This document shows, piece by piece, positions 26,194 through 39,799 of a DNA stretch of 64,000 bases. The notes under the pieces are model-generated. The model was not told the DNA's origin. It saw nothing but the letters and a program-made list of their open reading frames with translations, and did not search any database. This DNA is from Octopus vulgaris. Taxonomy: Eukaryota. The stretch is taken from positions 19,654,001-19,718,000 of the forward strand of contig OX597825.1 of the NCBI GenBank assembly GCA_951406725.2. The letters run 5' to 3'. The position numbers and the translations under genes were made by a program. How positions within the stretch are numbered: the first letter of the stretch is position 1; every line of letters begins with the position of its first letter.

Positions 26194-26237
<44 letters not shown>

Positions 26238-27212
26238 CATACATACATAGATGTATGTATAAATGAATATGTATATACATATATAAACATATATATAGTT
26301 CGTTCATGTGTCTTTATGACAGTATATGGGCTTATAAACCCCTGTGTCTATATGCGTATGCATGTATATATTGATATATGCATATATATACATATCTATA
26401 TGCATATATAAATATATACGTACGTAGATATACATATGCATACATATCTGTATGCATATGTACGTGTGCGTATTTGCGTGTGAGTGCGTACATGCCTATG
26501 TATGTATGTATGTATGTATGTATGTATGTAGATAAATATGAAAATATTATGCGTTTTAAAACAAAGTAGGTTGCCAGGAAATGTTTGATAAATTTTTATA
26601 CGTTGACACAAGTTCATGTAATCGTATATTTAATATACACAGATGAAAGCAAGTTATAAACCATTTTAAAGTTTTTAATCTATAAATATCGCTTTTGCAC
26701 AACTGGAAAATGCTATAAATCAAATATAATCACTATTTTAAAATATGTTCAACCAGTAATGCATCTCATGTGACGACGCTTTTGGATATATGATGTTCTA
26801 AAGCTGTATTTTCTCGGTTGCTTTTTCTGTTGATTTCTTCTTTTCTATTACATTTTGTTTCCCTCGAGTTTGTAAAAATATCTCACTCACGTTCCTCTTT
26901 TCTAGTATCCACCAGCCTTCACACTCCCCCCCACCTCCACCACCGCTCATGTAATGGTATGGGTTCATGAAACGATCGGTTATTGATCAGCGTTGTTATT
27001 TTCTCTTATAAGCGATTTTTTTTTGGTTTGATATATATATATATATATATTATATATCGTCAGTATGAGTACGAAGGAGAAGCTGCGTCTAAATTATTGA
27101 TATGTGTTGCATCGTGCCTACGAGCACACACACACACGGATATATGCCGTTGCACAAAGATACCTATATACTTACATACTTGCATATATATATATCTACA
27201 CACATATGTATA

Positions 27213-27257
<45 letters not shown>

Positions 27258-27359
27258 GTTACACATATGTATAGAGATATGTACATACTTCTATATCATA
27301 TTTCGTTATTTGGACATAAATATATTCGTATACAGGTATATAGATATTTTTATACAGAG

Positions 27360-27423
<64 letters not shown>

Positions 27424-27561
27424 AATTGTGTGTCCGTGTATTTATATATGTGTATATATATATATACATATATGGATGTCTATATATATACATACATATG
27501 TATTGATATATATATATATGTGTGTGCATACGCATGTGTACTTGTGTCTGTACATATGTGT

Positions 27562-27613
<52 letters not shown>

Positions 27614-27615
27614 TA
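25915..27615. repeat. Dense (TA)n/(CA)n/(TATG)n microsatellite field
   Basis: Direct inspection; includes a unique spacer at ~26540-27030. Confidence 0.85.
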
Positions 27616-28651
27616 ACCTGCATTAAAAATCAGTTGCGTTATATCTATGATTATATATATTTATATCTATGTGTCCTAACCTGTGAGTTTTACGTTTATC
27701 CACATGCATATATAGTCTATGATAGACTAGTTATGTATTTTCGTTACATAAACTTCCATGTAATATCCATAAAGGAATACGAAGCCTACACTATCGATAA
27801 AATAATGGCAGAATACCTTGCAAATGCAAACTAATATTTGTACTTCATAGGTTCGGATATATACCGAAGCCATTTGTGTGCGTATAAATCAGACCTTATG
27901 GTAGAATCCTTTATTTCTATTTGTTTATTGTATGCAAACACAAACAGGCGTACATATAACTATATGATGGTATATGAGTTTTCAACGCTGTGTGTTCTTA
28001 TATATAAAACTACAAAGCTAGCATACGCTAGGATCATAAATAATCGATTTTACCGTAACTAGAAAATTATAAAGAAAAAAACTAAACAAACATAAATTAA
28101 TAAAACACGTCATTATTTAACCAGAACACAGGTCTTACACTCGGGACTTTGTCAACCTAGAAGTTATTGTCGGTAGCTACGCTCCCATGTTAAACATAAT
28201 TGACCTTGTCAATCCTTTAGCGATTTCCAGTCAGAAATCAGAAACTTTTGTAAAATATTCAGACTTCTTACATAACCTCCATACATATCAGAAAGGCAAA
28301 ATTGCAAAAGAGAGGCAAAATTGCAAAAGAGAGGCAAAATTCACAAGGCAAGAATTACTCAGTACGTTGACAATTCAGGATTCTTGAAATATATTTGGGG
28401 TATTTGTAGATCGGCGCAAATAACTGCAATAAAAGTGAAGAAGCCTCGTTTTTGTATTTGCATTGCATAATTCTTGATGTGAACTTATGTAATGAAATAT
28501 ATTTTGCAGTACTTCTGGACGGTCATTCTACTAAAAGTGAATACAAGCACTTGTTCTATATTTTACCTCTTTATTACTTGTCAGTTGGTTAGCTGTTCAG
28601 CCAGTTACCTAATCGATAGTTTTATTAATCATTCAGTCAATCCGTCTCTAA

Positions 28652-28950
28652 GTTGTTCCCTCTCTAGTCATGCCTGGCTCATAAGGGCCGGTTTCCCGGT
28701 TTCCTTGGCGTATAGCTTCCCAGCCTGGACGGGACGCCAGTTCGTCGCAGGTGTGCTGCAAGATGCCGGAAGAAAGACTGAGAGAAAGTTGTGGCGAAAG
28801 AGTCAGCAAAAGTTCGCCATTTCCTTCTGTGGGAGCCGCGTGGAGCTTAGGTATTTCGCTCATAAACACACACAACCAGGTCTGAGATTCGAACCCGCGA
28901 TCCCTCGACCGCGTGTCCGCTGCTCTAACTACTAGGCCATGTGCCTCCAC
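28652..28950 (-). mobile_element. tRNA-derived SINE, family C (V-domain-like motif)
   Basis: Minus: GGAGGCACATGGCCTAGTAGTTAGAGC (A box) ... GGGTTCGAATCTC (B box). Internal CCTGCGACGAACTGGCGTCCCGTCCAGG resembles the V-SINE motif CCTGCGATGGACTGGC..CC.GTCCAGG. Imperfect TSD GTCT.TAA.TT. Confidence 0.8.
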
Positions 28951-29490
28951 GTCTGTAAATTTGTTTTGTCAAAGTCCTTTCGGTACCATTCGTGCTCTCA
29001 CCAATAACATGCCATCTTTATACCATGTCTGTTCAGGAGCTGAAGCAAAAAGAAGTACTGTTCTTGATTTTATTGAGCACATTAGCGCTATAACTGTAGT
29101 GAAACAATTCGAATTTAAATTGAAATTATGCCAAGATTTCGTCTGAGAAAATGAATTTTATTCAATTAAATTTTATAAACAGAAATTTGAAGTCCATTGA
29201 AAAGTTTAGTGCATGATTTAATGGGTACGCAATTTGTAAAACTATGAACTTCAAACGCAGTTTATGTCTTGATATATATTCTTATTCGTTGTTATGTAGA
29301 TAAAGGAAAGGCGATCATCTATCAGGAGTTTTATGTAATAACAAAGAAAAATTTAAAACAATGAAAATTAAAACTATCTAAATATACCAGTTATGTATGT
29401 GCGTGATGTATAGAGTAATGTTACCGAATAGAAAAATTCTTAACCTCATACAAATGTAAATTTAAGTAAATTACAATGGGATATTCTTTT

Positions 29491-29535
29491 CTGTACTGGC
29501 TAACCGCATACTCAGTATGCGGTTAGCCAGTACAG
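29491..29535. repeat. Perfect palindrome (22-bp arms, 1-nt spacer)
   Basis: CTGTACTGGCTAACCGCATACT-C-AGTATGCGGTTAGCCAGTACAG. Confidence 0.95.
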
Positions 29536-30799
29536 TTTCTATAATGTGTAGCCAGAATCTCAGCAACAAATTTGATACATGTAATGTTTACGGTGACATT
29601 CCCGCAACCGTAAATATTCTGGGGGTCGGATTAGCAAACCGCATAAGCAGTAAGTGATGGTAAACATCACCAAGACAAATTAGGGAAAGATTGGAGCAAT
29701 ATACGATATATTTATCAAGGAAGTAACAGTAAAGAATAGTGAAGTCGAAGAGACGTCAAATGAACGAAAAGAGGTGCATAAAAAAAGGATCGCGAATGAA
29801 GGGCTAGCGGCGGGAATAGCATTCCACTTATTCCGACGCAAAACACGGAGGCTATCTTGTAAACACTAGTCCTGTGCATTGAAGTAGGATAAACAAAATT
29901 GTTTTACAAGGGGAAAGCTAGCAATAAAACATGATCTCAATGTCTAACATACTGCATCGGGTGTTAGCCACTCATGCCAAGCAGGTGTGTGGGTGTAAAC
30001 AAATCTGCTAATTCTTTCATAAATCTGGGCATCGTGAAAATAGTAGTCTTCGATGCAGAGGAGTACTGTAAGGGAGGTTTTAGTGAGCAAAGTAACGGAC
30101 ATGTCTGAATTGTTGTGAAGAATATATCGCGAATGCTCAACGGGACAACCCACGAGTTCTACTAATATATGCAGGATTCATCCTCTACTGCTTTTTCAAC
30201 CGTCTATGGAAGCTGAGAAAAGATTGGCAGCATTTCCTAGATGCGTAAGCTTGATAGTGATGTGAATTATGTGTAAGTATTCGAACAAAGAGACCTTTAG
30301 AGAATGCAAGCATTCGTGACCAGGATAACCGCCAATTCATGCCTTACACATTGGAGCGAACCTGCTACAGGTGTAGTTTTGACTGATCCAAATTGGAGAA
30401 AGCTTTCACACAGCTTTTACTAATATTTCAAGAGACTCTTGTACAAAACTGCATGAGTCGTACGCAGTGTTGCTAGAGACACCAGCGTTTCAAATTAGGA
30501 AAAAAAAACACCCATCGAAAATGATTCCAAATATTAACATAATCCCGTGCCACCAAGAAGCAATCACATTGCGAAAATGTATCAGCGGTGACAAAATGTG
30601 TGACAAAAGACGGCCGTTGTGACAGGTGGATTTTCTTTACCGCAGCCCGGCACAAAAAGAAAGCATCAAAATTGCTAAATGTTAAAAAAAAAATATGCTG
30701 TTTGTACTTTTTCTGTATATGTGTAGAAAGACATCGTTTCACTTCAGATTGTTCAATTTGATCGGATGACCAATAAGCGTTTTCGTTAAAGATCTTCAG

Positions 30800-31060
30800 C
30801 GGTTTGAAAAAATAGCTCGTTGAAAACAGTCGTCACTAAACCCTTTCCATCACTGTCACAAGCACTTCAGCTTCGACCAACACATTTACACACGTCTTCA
30901 CTGGTCATAGGATCGGCTGTCTCAGGCCTAACTCTCATAACATGTAATAATGGTTTAGTGAGTAGAACACTCAAGGCGTCCAATTCCTACTCTTTTTCTA
31001 CAAGTCACTTCAAGCACATAATTCTTCTTACATCCTCTGACATTTAGGCTCAATCTGTCT
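30800..31060 (-). pseudogene. Possible decayed LINE APE-endonuclease N-terminus
   Basis: LSLNVRGCKK start motif plus a downstream EDVCKCV piece. Weak. Confidence 0.3.
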
Positions 31061-31393
31061 TTGACACCTTCTTTAATATTGACAAACACATTGATCTTAA
31101 TATCTAATATACCCTTCCCCAAAAAAACATTCAGCTTATGAAACACAAACCCTAAAACTACTTTACGTTTTACACGGCATTTCAAAAGAAAATCTTATCG
31201 CCAAATGGGTCTGTAAAAAAATTAAGTAGATACATAAATATTTTTAAAAAACAGGGAGCATATTTCTTGTATGTTAAACAACCCCCACCCGTTAGGCACT
31301 GCTACATCCAAAACAATAAGTATAAATTTCTCGATTTAACTCCCATGCTTCTAAATGATACGCTGTCACAGTATATTTCATTAACGTACACAG

Positions 31394-31589
31394 CTAGCTA
31401 GCTAGCTAGCTAGACAGACAGACAGACCGATATATAGATAGATATATAGATAGATAGACAGACAGACAGACCGATAGATAGATATACAGAAACATAGATA
31501 GATAGATAGACAGACAGACACATAGATAGATAGACAGACAGACAGACCGATAGATAGATGGATAGTTATATAGAAACATAGATAGATAT
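31394..31589. repeat. (GATA)/(GACA)n microsatellite at the LINE 3' end
   Basis: Direct inspection. Confidence 0.95.
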
Positions 31590-32868
31590 GTTTCTTTATT
31601 AGCCACACAGGGCTGCACACAGATAGAACAAATTACAAGGTAGAGCTTTTCTTTTGAAGGTTTAAAAAAAAAAATAATAATAATAATAAAATAAAAAATA
31701 AAATAAAATAAAAAAGGGGGGTCGATCAACAGGGATCGTAAAAGGAGAGAAAGAGGACAAAAGGGGGGGTTAAAAAAAAGGGGGAGGAAAAAAATTGATC
31801 AATAGGGATCGTTATCACAGAAATGTCAATATGAAGTGTAAAGGGGAGGACAGGTGAGGTTTACCCGTGGAAAGAAAAGCCTACGGAAAAGACCACGGTA
31901 ACCTCGGTCAATGAAGTCACATGTTATATTTCTTTTTTTTTTTTTTTTTGCAAATAAGCAACTCTCTGTATTAATTTTTACGGTTCATAGAATCATAGTC
32001 AAGGTGGCTTCGTCATTCATACGTGCCATCCTTGCTACATTCACCCATCTTTTTTTAAAACATTCACTAGACAAAACTTGCCTCTCTACTCTCACTTTTT
32101 TCTTCAAGTGATACTTGAAGAAGTTGATGAGAGATTGACCAGAGAGGAAAGTGTTTGTCTCTAATCCTTTCAGACGCGTCCACCAAATACATTCTTTCGC
32201 CATAGCCACAAGTATGATAAAAATAGCTCTTCCTTCCCGTTTGAAGGAAGGAGGCGTGACGATATTAACGATAGACTCGGCGGATAAACCGACACGTCCC
32301 ACACGTGACAGCAGTCGTTCGACATAAGCCCACAGGTGGGAAATTGCTGGACACTGCACGATTGCGTGCAGAGCGGTTTCGTCGCTCTGCCCGCATCTCG
32401 GGCAGGTCGGCCCCGTGTTTCTCGAGCCATGCCTATAGAGCTTATCCCGAACGGGTAGCGCTTCTCGGTAGCACCGCCAGGCCAGGGATCTCTGGAAGTT
32501 GTCCATAGGTCCCGGGCCGAAAGTCGTTTGAAACAGGCGGGTCAGGTATTCCTCGTCGACGCCCAGGTTTGCCCCGAGCTCGTCGTCGTACCTCCCCTCC
32601 ACTAATCCCCTATAGAATGCTTTGGTTGTGTTGAAGTCACTCAAGGTCGACCCGGGACGGCAGAGTTGCTTGAGAGCAACGCGACACTCGCGGTGCCATT
32701 CGCCCTTCTTCGGCCTCTTTTTGATCCACGACTGTAGTTCGGTCATGGAGACGAGTTGCGGGAATGCGTGCCTCACAAACGGCGACCACACCTGTTCATC
32801 GTCGTCTACATAGAGCCGGAGATGTCGCAGTCTCAGCGCGTCATCAACCACGGCATGCCCAGCCCTCC
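31590..32868 (-). mobile_element. Young 5'-truncated L1/Tx1-type non-LTR retrotransposon (ORF2 C-terminus and 3' UTR)
   Basis: GC-rich. Begins at GGLGMPW (GGLG motif). After one frameshift an open frame runs to the stop at 31985 with LAWR..REALPV and the zf-RVT CCHC finger CPRCGQSDETALHAIVQC. Pyrimidine-rich 3' UTR, AATAAA at 31600-31595. Confidence 0.92.

Positions 32869-32927
<59 letters not shown>
32869..32927. repeat. Pure (TAGA)n microsatellite abutting the LINE 5' truncation
   Basis: Direct inspection. Confidence 0.95.
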
Positions 32928-33327
32928 CCACAAACACACACATATATAACATTTTATTGAAGTTGATAAAACTTCACTAACCGTTACATATAGTTTCACG
33001 TGACCGATCATCCGGTTGGCATGTGTGAAACTCTGAGCAGCACTTATTGAAATCTTTTTCCGCTCTAATTAAATGCTATTTCACTGTTTTGTAGCCAAGA
33101 TCTATTTTATTCGATTTTGTGTTGCACCCATATGCTCACATTTACATATATGTGTGTTGTGTGTGTCTATGCATATATGTATGCATATATACATACATGT
33201 ATGTATGTTTGTATGTGAGTGAATTCACGTAAATATGGATGTATGTAAATTATATAGGTAAAGGTATAGTGCCAACTACGCTTTAGTAAGGTTGTGTATA
33301 GCTGCAGAGCTAGGGCATGCAGTAAAG

Positions 33328-33374
<47 letters not shown>

Positions 33375-34085
33375 ACATAGCATACAAATCTAAAGAAAGT
33401 ACTTAATGGAAATAAACATGAAAAATGTGGTGGTTCTGGAAGATTTTATAGATCAATTAGATGATGGTAATCAAATTAATGCGGCATGACATTGTGAAAG
33501 AACTAATTAGGAGACAGTTAAGTCCAGTCGATGAGATCTGACTGAAATAAATGAATCAAAATTGAGCGGATGCCAGAGGTAGAGAGATGTCCAAACTTGA
33601 ATCAGCCAGCGAGTACAAATAAAAGGATTCGCTTTTTCACCCCTCCTACATTTAGAGATGCCGCAATTAATACGTGGGGCAGATTTGTGATAGAGGATCA
33701 TACTGTAAGAAACATTTTTCTTTAAATATAGAAACAATCTGACAAAACCTAGAGGCAGTGATATATTAAACATTTATTTGTCATTCAAAACTTCTATAAT
33801 TAAAATAGTTTGGCGATTCAATTTATTTTAATCACTAATATATTATTTTCTTCGCACAGAGCAGAATTTGAAAGGTGGCATTTCGTAAACTTTAGCTGTC
33901 ACTTGGAAATTATTGAGATAACTTTATTGGCACAAAGATAAAGCAATTTTCGTATTAGAATGTATAGATGCATACATACATACACGTATGTATGTGTCAG
34001 AATGGTGATGTAAGCATACACAAATATCTATGCGTATATATATATAAATATATATATATATAATTATTTCTAATTCTCTCTAAAG

Positions 34086-34130
<45 letters not shown>

Positions 34131-34342
34131 TACATAGATACATATGTACACAAACTACAGGTATGTTCGTATAATATATTATGCATATGAAGATATATAT
34201 ATATATATATACGTAGAAATATATATAACGAGACGTATATTATAATAGCATTGAATACATGTGCTTACGAGTATATATATGTCTATACGTGCATACATAT
34301 ACACATACATAATATGCATACGTACATATATAATGGCGTCTA

Positions 34343-34410
<68 letters not shown>

Positions 34411-34908
34411 CATTATACATATATATACATGTTTAGACGTATGTATTCATGTATGTAATTCACCATTAAAGTGTAAATTAGCTCATTGCAGGTTATGTTT
34501 TCCAATTATAAATTACTAAATATCTTCATAATAATTCTCTTATTATGAATAATTTGTCACATTAGTATTTTCCAAGCAGAATCTACAGAAAGAATTTACA
34601 CTTACGAATGTATTCTTCACGAAAATTTCAATTATGTTAAATGAAATATTTCAATATTTGTTTGTTTGTTTTTTTATATAACATAACAGCAGAAGGTGAC
34701 ATTTTGGCAGGCAGTTTACTGTAAGAGACTATGTTTATCTTAGTATTTTTGTTTTTCCTGTGTAATTTAGTGTTAAAGTATTTAATGCGATGATTATTAA
34801 AAACCGCTCGTGATTATGCCTTGCGGGAAAATAATATTAGTTCATGACGAAAATAATTTTTGTATTTCCCTCGAATATAACGATCACCACCAGACTTACT
34901 TCGGTATT

Positions 34909-35458
34909 TGGCAGAATCGTTAGCACGTCGGCCGGAATGCTTAGCGGTATTTCGTCTGCCGGTACGTTCTGAGTTCAAATTCCGCCGAGGTCAACTTTGC
35001 CTTTCATACTTTCGGGGTCGATTAAATTAAGTACTAGTTACTCACTGGGGTCGATGTAATCGACTTAATACCTATGTGTGTCCTTGTTTGTCCCTTCTGT
35101 GTTTAGCCCCTTGTGGGTAATAAAGAAATAGGTACGTTCTGAGTTCAAATTCCGCCGAGGTCAACTTTGCCTTTCATACTTTCGGGGTCGATAAATTAAG
35201 TACCAGTTACTCACTGGGGTCGATGTAATCGTCTTAATACCTATGTATATCCTTGTTTGTCCCTTCCGTTTTTAGCCCCTTGTGGGTAATAAAGAAATAG
35301 GTACGTTCTGAGTTCAAATTCCGCCGAGGTCAACTTTGCTTTTCATACTTTCGGGGTCGATTAAATAAGTACCAGTTACGCATTGGGGTCGATATAATCG
35401 ACTTAATCCGTTTATCTGTCCTTGTTTGTCTCCTCTGTGTGTAGACCCTTGTGGGCAG
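34909..35458 (+). mobile_element. SINE family B trimer (~170-bp units)
   Basis: Truncated head, then units starting GGTACGTTCTGAG at 34961, 35131 and 35300. Confidence 0.9.
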
Positions 35459-35529
35459 TATTCCAAACTGGGTAATCTTTAATGCAATGACAGAAATATC
35501 GTGCACAGTCGTACTAAGATGTCGTGTGT

Positions 35530-35672
35530 TTGACCGAATTCTAATTCCGCCGAGGTCGACTTTACCTTTCATCCTTTCGGGGTCAATAAATTAAGTACCA
35601 GTTGCGTACTGAGTTCGGTCCAATCGACTGACCCCCTCCCCAAAAATGTCGGGCCTGCTGCCTAGAGTAGAA
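35530..35672 (+). mobile_element. SINE family B fragment with alternative tail
   Basis: Core CGAGGTCGACTTTACCTTTCATCC, tail CCCCAAAAATGTCGGGCCTGCTGCCTAGAGTAGAAA. Confidence 0.8.
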
Positions 35673-35689
35673 ATGTATATTATATCTTT

Positions 35690-35893
35690 CACTCATTTCA
35701 ATCATCAGATTGAGGCCGCGCTGGAGCACTGCCTCGAAGTGTTTTAGTAAAACAACCCTCCACTTCCCACTGCAGTGCTCTTTTGCTTTTATTTTTAAAT
35801 TCTATTATTAATTTTATCAGTTCCTTCGCCGAACTGCTAGTTTATGGAGGTCTAAAAGATCCATTAACGGCTGTCGTGCTGTGGGGTGGTATA

Positions 35894-35934
<41 letters not shown>

Positions 35935-36400
35935 ATATAGGGAAAAGAATTATTAATTTAATAATTAATAAACTTCACCAAGTACCTTTGGTATGGAAAA
36001 AAACATCATCTGTGAAAACTCATACAAAAAGTTTGTATTTTTTTATAATTATAAACATAATTAAGGGATTAGCAAGAAGTTCCTTCACCACATAGCGAAA
36101 ATTTAGAAATAGCAGTCAAAACTACTAAGTCTTCTACTACAATATATCTCCACAGACAGTAATACTCGTAACTCACATAGGCAAAACGAAGAAAATATAT
36201 TCACAGACGCTCGCGTACAAACTCACACTCGCACTTATATAAATATATGCAAGCACCGTGTCTGCGTACAATATCCACTCACAACTCATTAGCAGGTCCA
36301 GAGCTATAGTAGAAGTCATTTAGTCAAGGTGCTTCGCAATGGGACTGAACACGAAGCTACGTGGCTGCAAAGCGACTTTCTTAACTACGCAACCATTCCG
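35690..36400 (-). mobile_element. Decayed SINE family A split by a ~350-bp insertion in its internal microsatellite
   Basis: 3' part at 35690-35890 and head at 36270-36400, with unrelated AT-rich sequence between. Confidence 0.6.
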
Positions 36401-36783
36401 GCGTATAATTTTATAGTCATTTCAATGTTGGTACATATAGTGCAAAGCACATTAAATATTTAATTGACAATTATTGTGAGGGAAAAACTGTTTCATCTAA
36501 CGATTAATTGGAATTTCATTTCTTCAGCGCGTTCAAGAAAAACAATGTTTTATGTTTCGGCATTATTCTGATCTGCTCTGCGATACATACATTTCACTGT
36601 ACTTACCGAAATTATAATGAGGGATCGCTACTTAAATATACAAGTTTTTATATAATAAAGTGAAATGATTCACACAAACCTTGAGTGCAATAAAATCATC
36701 AGTTTGTAATAAACAGGCATTATTAATCAAGTCTGTCCAATCTACAGCAGGTTTCACATTGTATATAATGAAAGTAACAGAAA

Positions 36784-37162
36784 TCTAACATATAAAGCTG
36801 AAGTTGTCTTTATGTGTGTGGCAGGTTTGGTAGCCTTCAACTAACACTGTCTTCTCAGAGACCCTGCGGCAAAAGTTGACCAGAATTGAGAGAATGATAG
36901 CAAAACGCTTGCTCTTCTTTCAAATCGGACCATGTTAACAGCAAAAATTACTTACTTCAAAGAGTTGCTTTTTTTTTCTATGAAAGTCCCTATTTTTTAC
37001 GATTTTTTTTACAGCTGTGTCGCTATTTTTCGGTGTATTTCAACCAGAAAAATGTTAACTTAAAGAGAATAACCAGCTACATAATGCAGAATTTTTACAT
37101 TTCAAAAATTCCAATTCTAAAGGGTCGAAATAAACCCGAGCAACGCCGGCCGATACTGCTAG
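36784..37162 (+). mobile_element. Non-autonomous Helitron
   Basis: A|TC 5' end, subterminal hairpin CCCGAGCAACGCCGG, CTAG|T 3' end, no TSD. Second copy at 60032-60434. Confidence 0.85.
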
Positions 37163-37959
37163 TAATGAATAAAAATTTTTTCCATATTGTACAGTTAAGA
37201 AAATTGTCATCTCGTGAGTTTGGCAAACAGCGAATACGAGCAGTTTAACCGATCTGTCTGTTCATCATCCCACTATGATGCCAGGTTGTATGGATCTGTT
37301 TGCTACTCCAGGTGCCGATTCCCTGGTCCATCTACTTTTGTTGGTTAGTTTTTGATGTCACAGCTTCCTACTCCCTCAGAACAGTACCGATAACGTCGAT
37401 GTGTTCTGTTTTCAGACACTATTGCTCTGACGTCGTTTGTTCATGATAATTCACCTCTCATATATTATTTAACGCGACATGCCCCTCGAAGACTAACTCC
37501 CATAGTAGTAATTCAACCGCCAAAAGCAGACCAAAAACATGATATTAAACGTTTCTCCTAGATGGCCATTTACTCTTGGCACTGAGAAAATGTCGCTGAT
37601 ACTGCAGGGATCCAATCTATGAATAAGAGACCGAAGCCAGCCGGTGAGAGATAGATGCTTACGAATCGAGACAGAGGGAGAGACAGAAATAAATTTCGTG
37701 GAAGAAGAGACAGCAACATCGAAAAAGGAAAGAGAGAAACTTCCAAGGAGAAAGATAAGGAGAGAGTGAGAGAGAGAGAGAGAGAGAAAGAGAGAGTGAA
37801 ATAGAAAGAGGGAGAAAGAGAGTGAGAGGGTGAAACTGCGAGGTAGATGGAAGGACAAAAACTGTCAAGTACTGAAGCTCAGCTCAATCCAATAATTTCG
37901 AATTATTAAAATATATCAGATCACCGCATATGTCAGGTTCATTACCAGCCTTTTTCTAT

Positions 37960-38100
37960 GATGCATTGCGTGAGATTGAGTTATCGTGCATAGATCTGCG
38001 TGGGATTGTGGTTGTCTGTCCATCTCGTACAAGGATATCGAGAACAAGTACCAACACTTTGGATTACATCCTAATCAAAGTCTTCCACTCGCCAAACTAT
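37960..38100 (+). pseudogene. Possible decayed LINE endonuclease C-terminal fragment
   Basis: PSRTRISRTSTNTLDYILIK resembles the PTRxxxxSxTxLDxI motif. Confidence 0.3.
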
Positions 38101-39799
38101 TCTATTCAGCAAAAACCACCACATCTTTTTGCGCAGGACTGAGAATTGGTACGTTCTTCTGCGATTTGCAATAGTTTTCTTTCAAGAAGAACTCGAACAT
38201 ATCTCGCATATGAAAAAGGACAAACCATACTTCGTGGTGGGCGCCCTTTCTGCTTCTAAATGCGTGACCGTTCCCATAAGAGTTGGTAAATTCACGCAGC
38301 GATACGGATGTCCTTGTTTGCGAAGTTATGCATTCTAGTTCAAATCATGCAAAAATCTTTTTCCTTTCCAATAGTTTTACTGCTCAACAAAAGCCGTAGA
38401 AAGGATTTTCTACACTGTGACACACTTTTCTGAATATGCCATCCAATTCTTCCCCAGTGAACTTAGTCTGAAGTAACGTAATTCTACGATTAAAATATCT
38501 ACGATTAAAACAGTTGGAACGTATTTAATCATAAGTAAATATTACGTGAATCCATTTTGAAGCTTTACTAGATATTTCTTTTGCCAGATACTGTGTTGTT
38601 AAAGTTATGCAAAATAACACTCACTTATTATTAGAGCTCCAGTAGAAGTTTTCAAAAAAGTAGGCGATTTTATTCAAAACATTTAATTAGCTTCTGTAAA
38701 AGATAATCATAGTTTTCTTTGAGGTATTTAATTAATGAATAAAGACAATATTGCAAAGTTTATTTGAAAAGAAAACACAAAAAATTATGTAAAATGAAAA
38801 TAGAAGCGTTGATTACAAGACAAGTTTCAATATGACTTCGTTGATTCCAATATAAATATTTAAGGATTAAAATACGAGCGCTGTGTCATAAAGATTGTGT
38901 CTAACGTGTTGAAATATGGTCAAGAGAATTATAATTAACCAATAATAGTTTATCGATCTTCGTTTTAACCGACTCAGCAGCATACTGTTCCAAAAGCCGG
39001 ATGAAATATCCTTCCGGATACACGTTACTCTCACCAAAAATTCCATCACTGTTAGATTGCATTCAATACAAACTGTGATAATTACGTGTTTTCTTGTTTT
39101 AAGTAGGCATGTGTGCTGCGTTGACTCTACAACGTAAACGGTTGAAAAGAATACAAGTATCAACTCACATGAAGATATGTAAAACAAAAAGAATTACCCC
39201 CCAGCAAATAGTAATTTCTAGAACATAATTCAACACCGTTTTGAAATGCCTCACTATTAACAGAGCATTATGCCATGTCAGCGTGTTGTAATACTTAAAT
39301 ATTTATACTGAAAGCTGCGAAATCACATTTAAGTTCTGCTTGTCACAAATTCTCCCTTTTTTCATTTCTATTAATCGCTTTGAAAATTTATACATTTTCA
39401 ATCGAATAAAACTTGTAATAATGCTCTATGCATTAATTAAAAATGCCAGAGCCCATTAAAGAGCCTGATTTAGTATTTTGAATGAACTCAACTGCGTAGT
39501 GGAAAATTCTATGTGAGGTTGTGTTACAACATTATTTTTGAACAGGAAACACAACTCGGTTTTGTTTGCCTGTTCGTTTGCCTGTTTGTCTTTGAAAAAG
39601 CATCGCTCCAACGTTTCATTATCAAACTAGTTTCCTCTGTATTTACTCGAGACCAAGTTTGGTAAGTGATGGGCGGTACCGAAGTGATATTTAGTTAGCG
39701 AAGTGTTTAACTGATACTGAAGCTGATAGTTCCAATGGTGCCTTCAATGGTATGTTTTTACTTTCCCCTTTCCAACCGTACCAATCACTTAGCAGCCCT

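Noticed and set aside
28294-28341. 19-bp tandem repeat (AGGCAAAATTGCAAAAGAG, ~2.5 copies)
   Set aside because: Ordinary local slippage duplication with no further structure.
28875-28950. Genuine tRNA gene (also 3120-3193 and 14682-14740)
   Set aside because: A and B boxes are present but acceptor and anticodon stems are imperfect and each continues into a SINE body.
32870-32941. N-terminus of the 318-aa ORF as a real start
   Set aside because: It is translated (TCTA)n flank read in frame by chance; the element is 5'-truncated.
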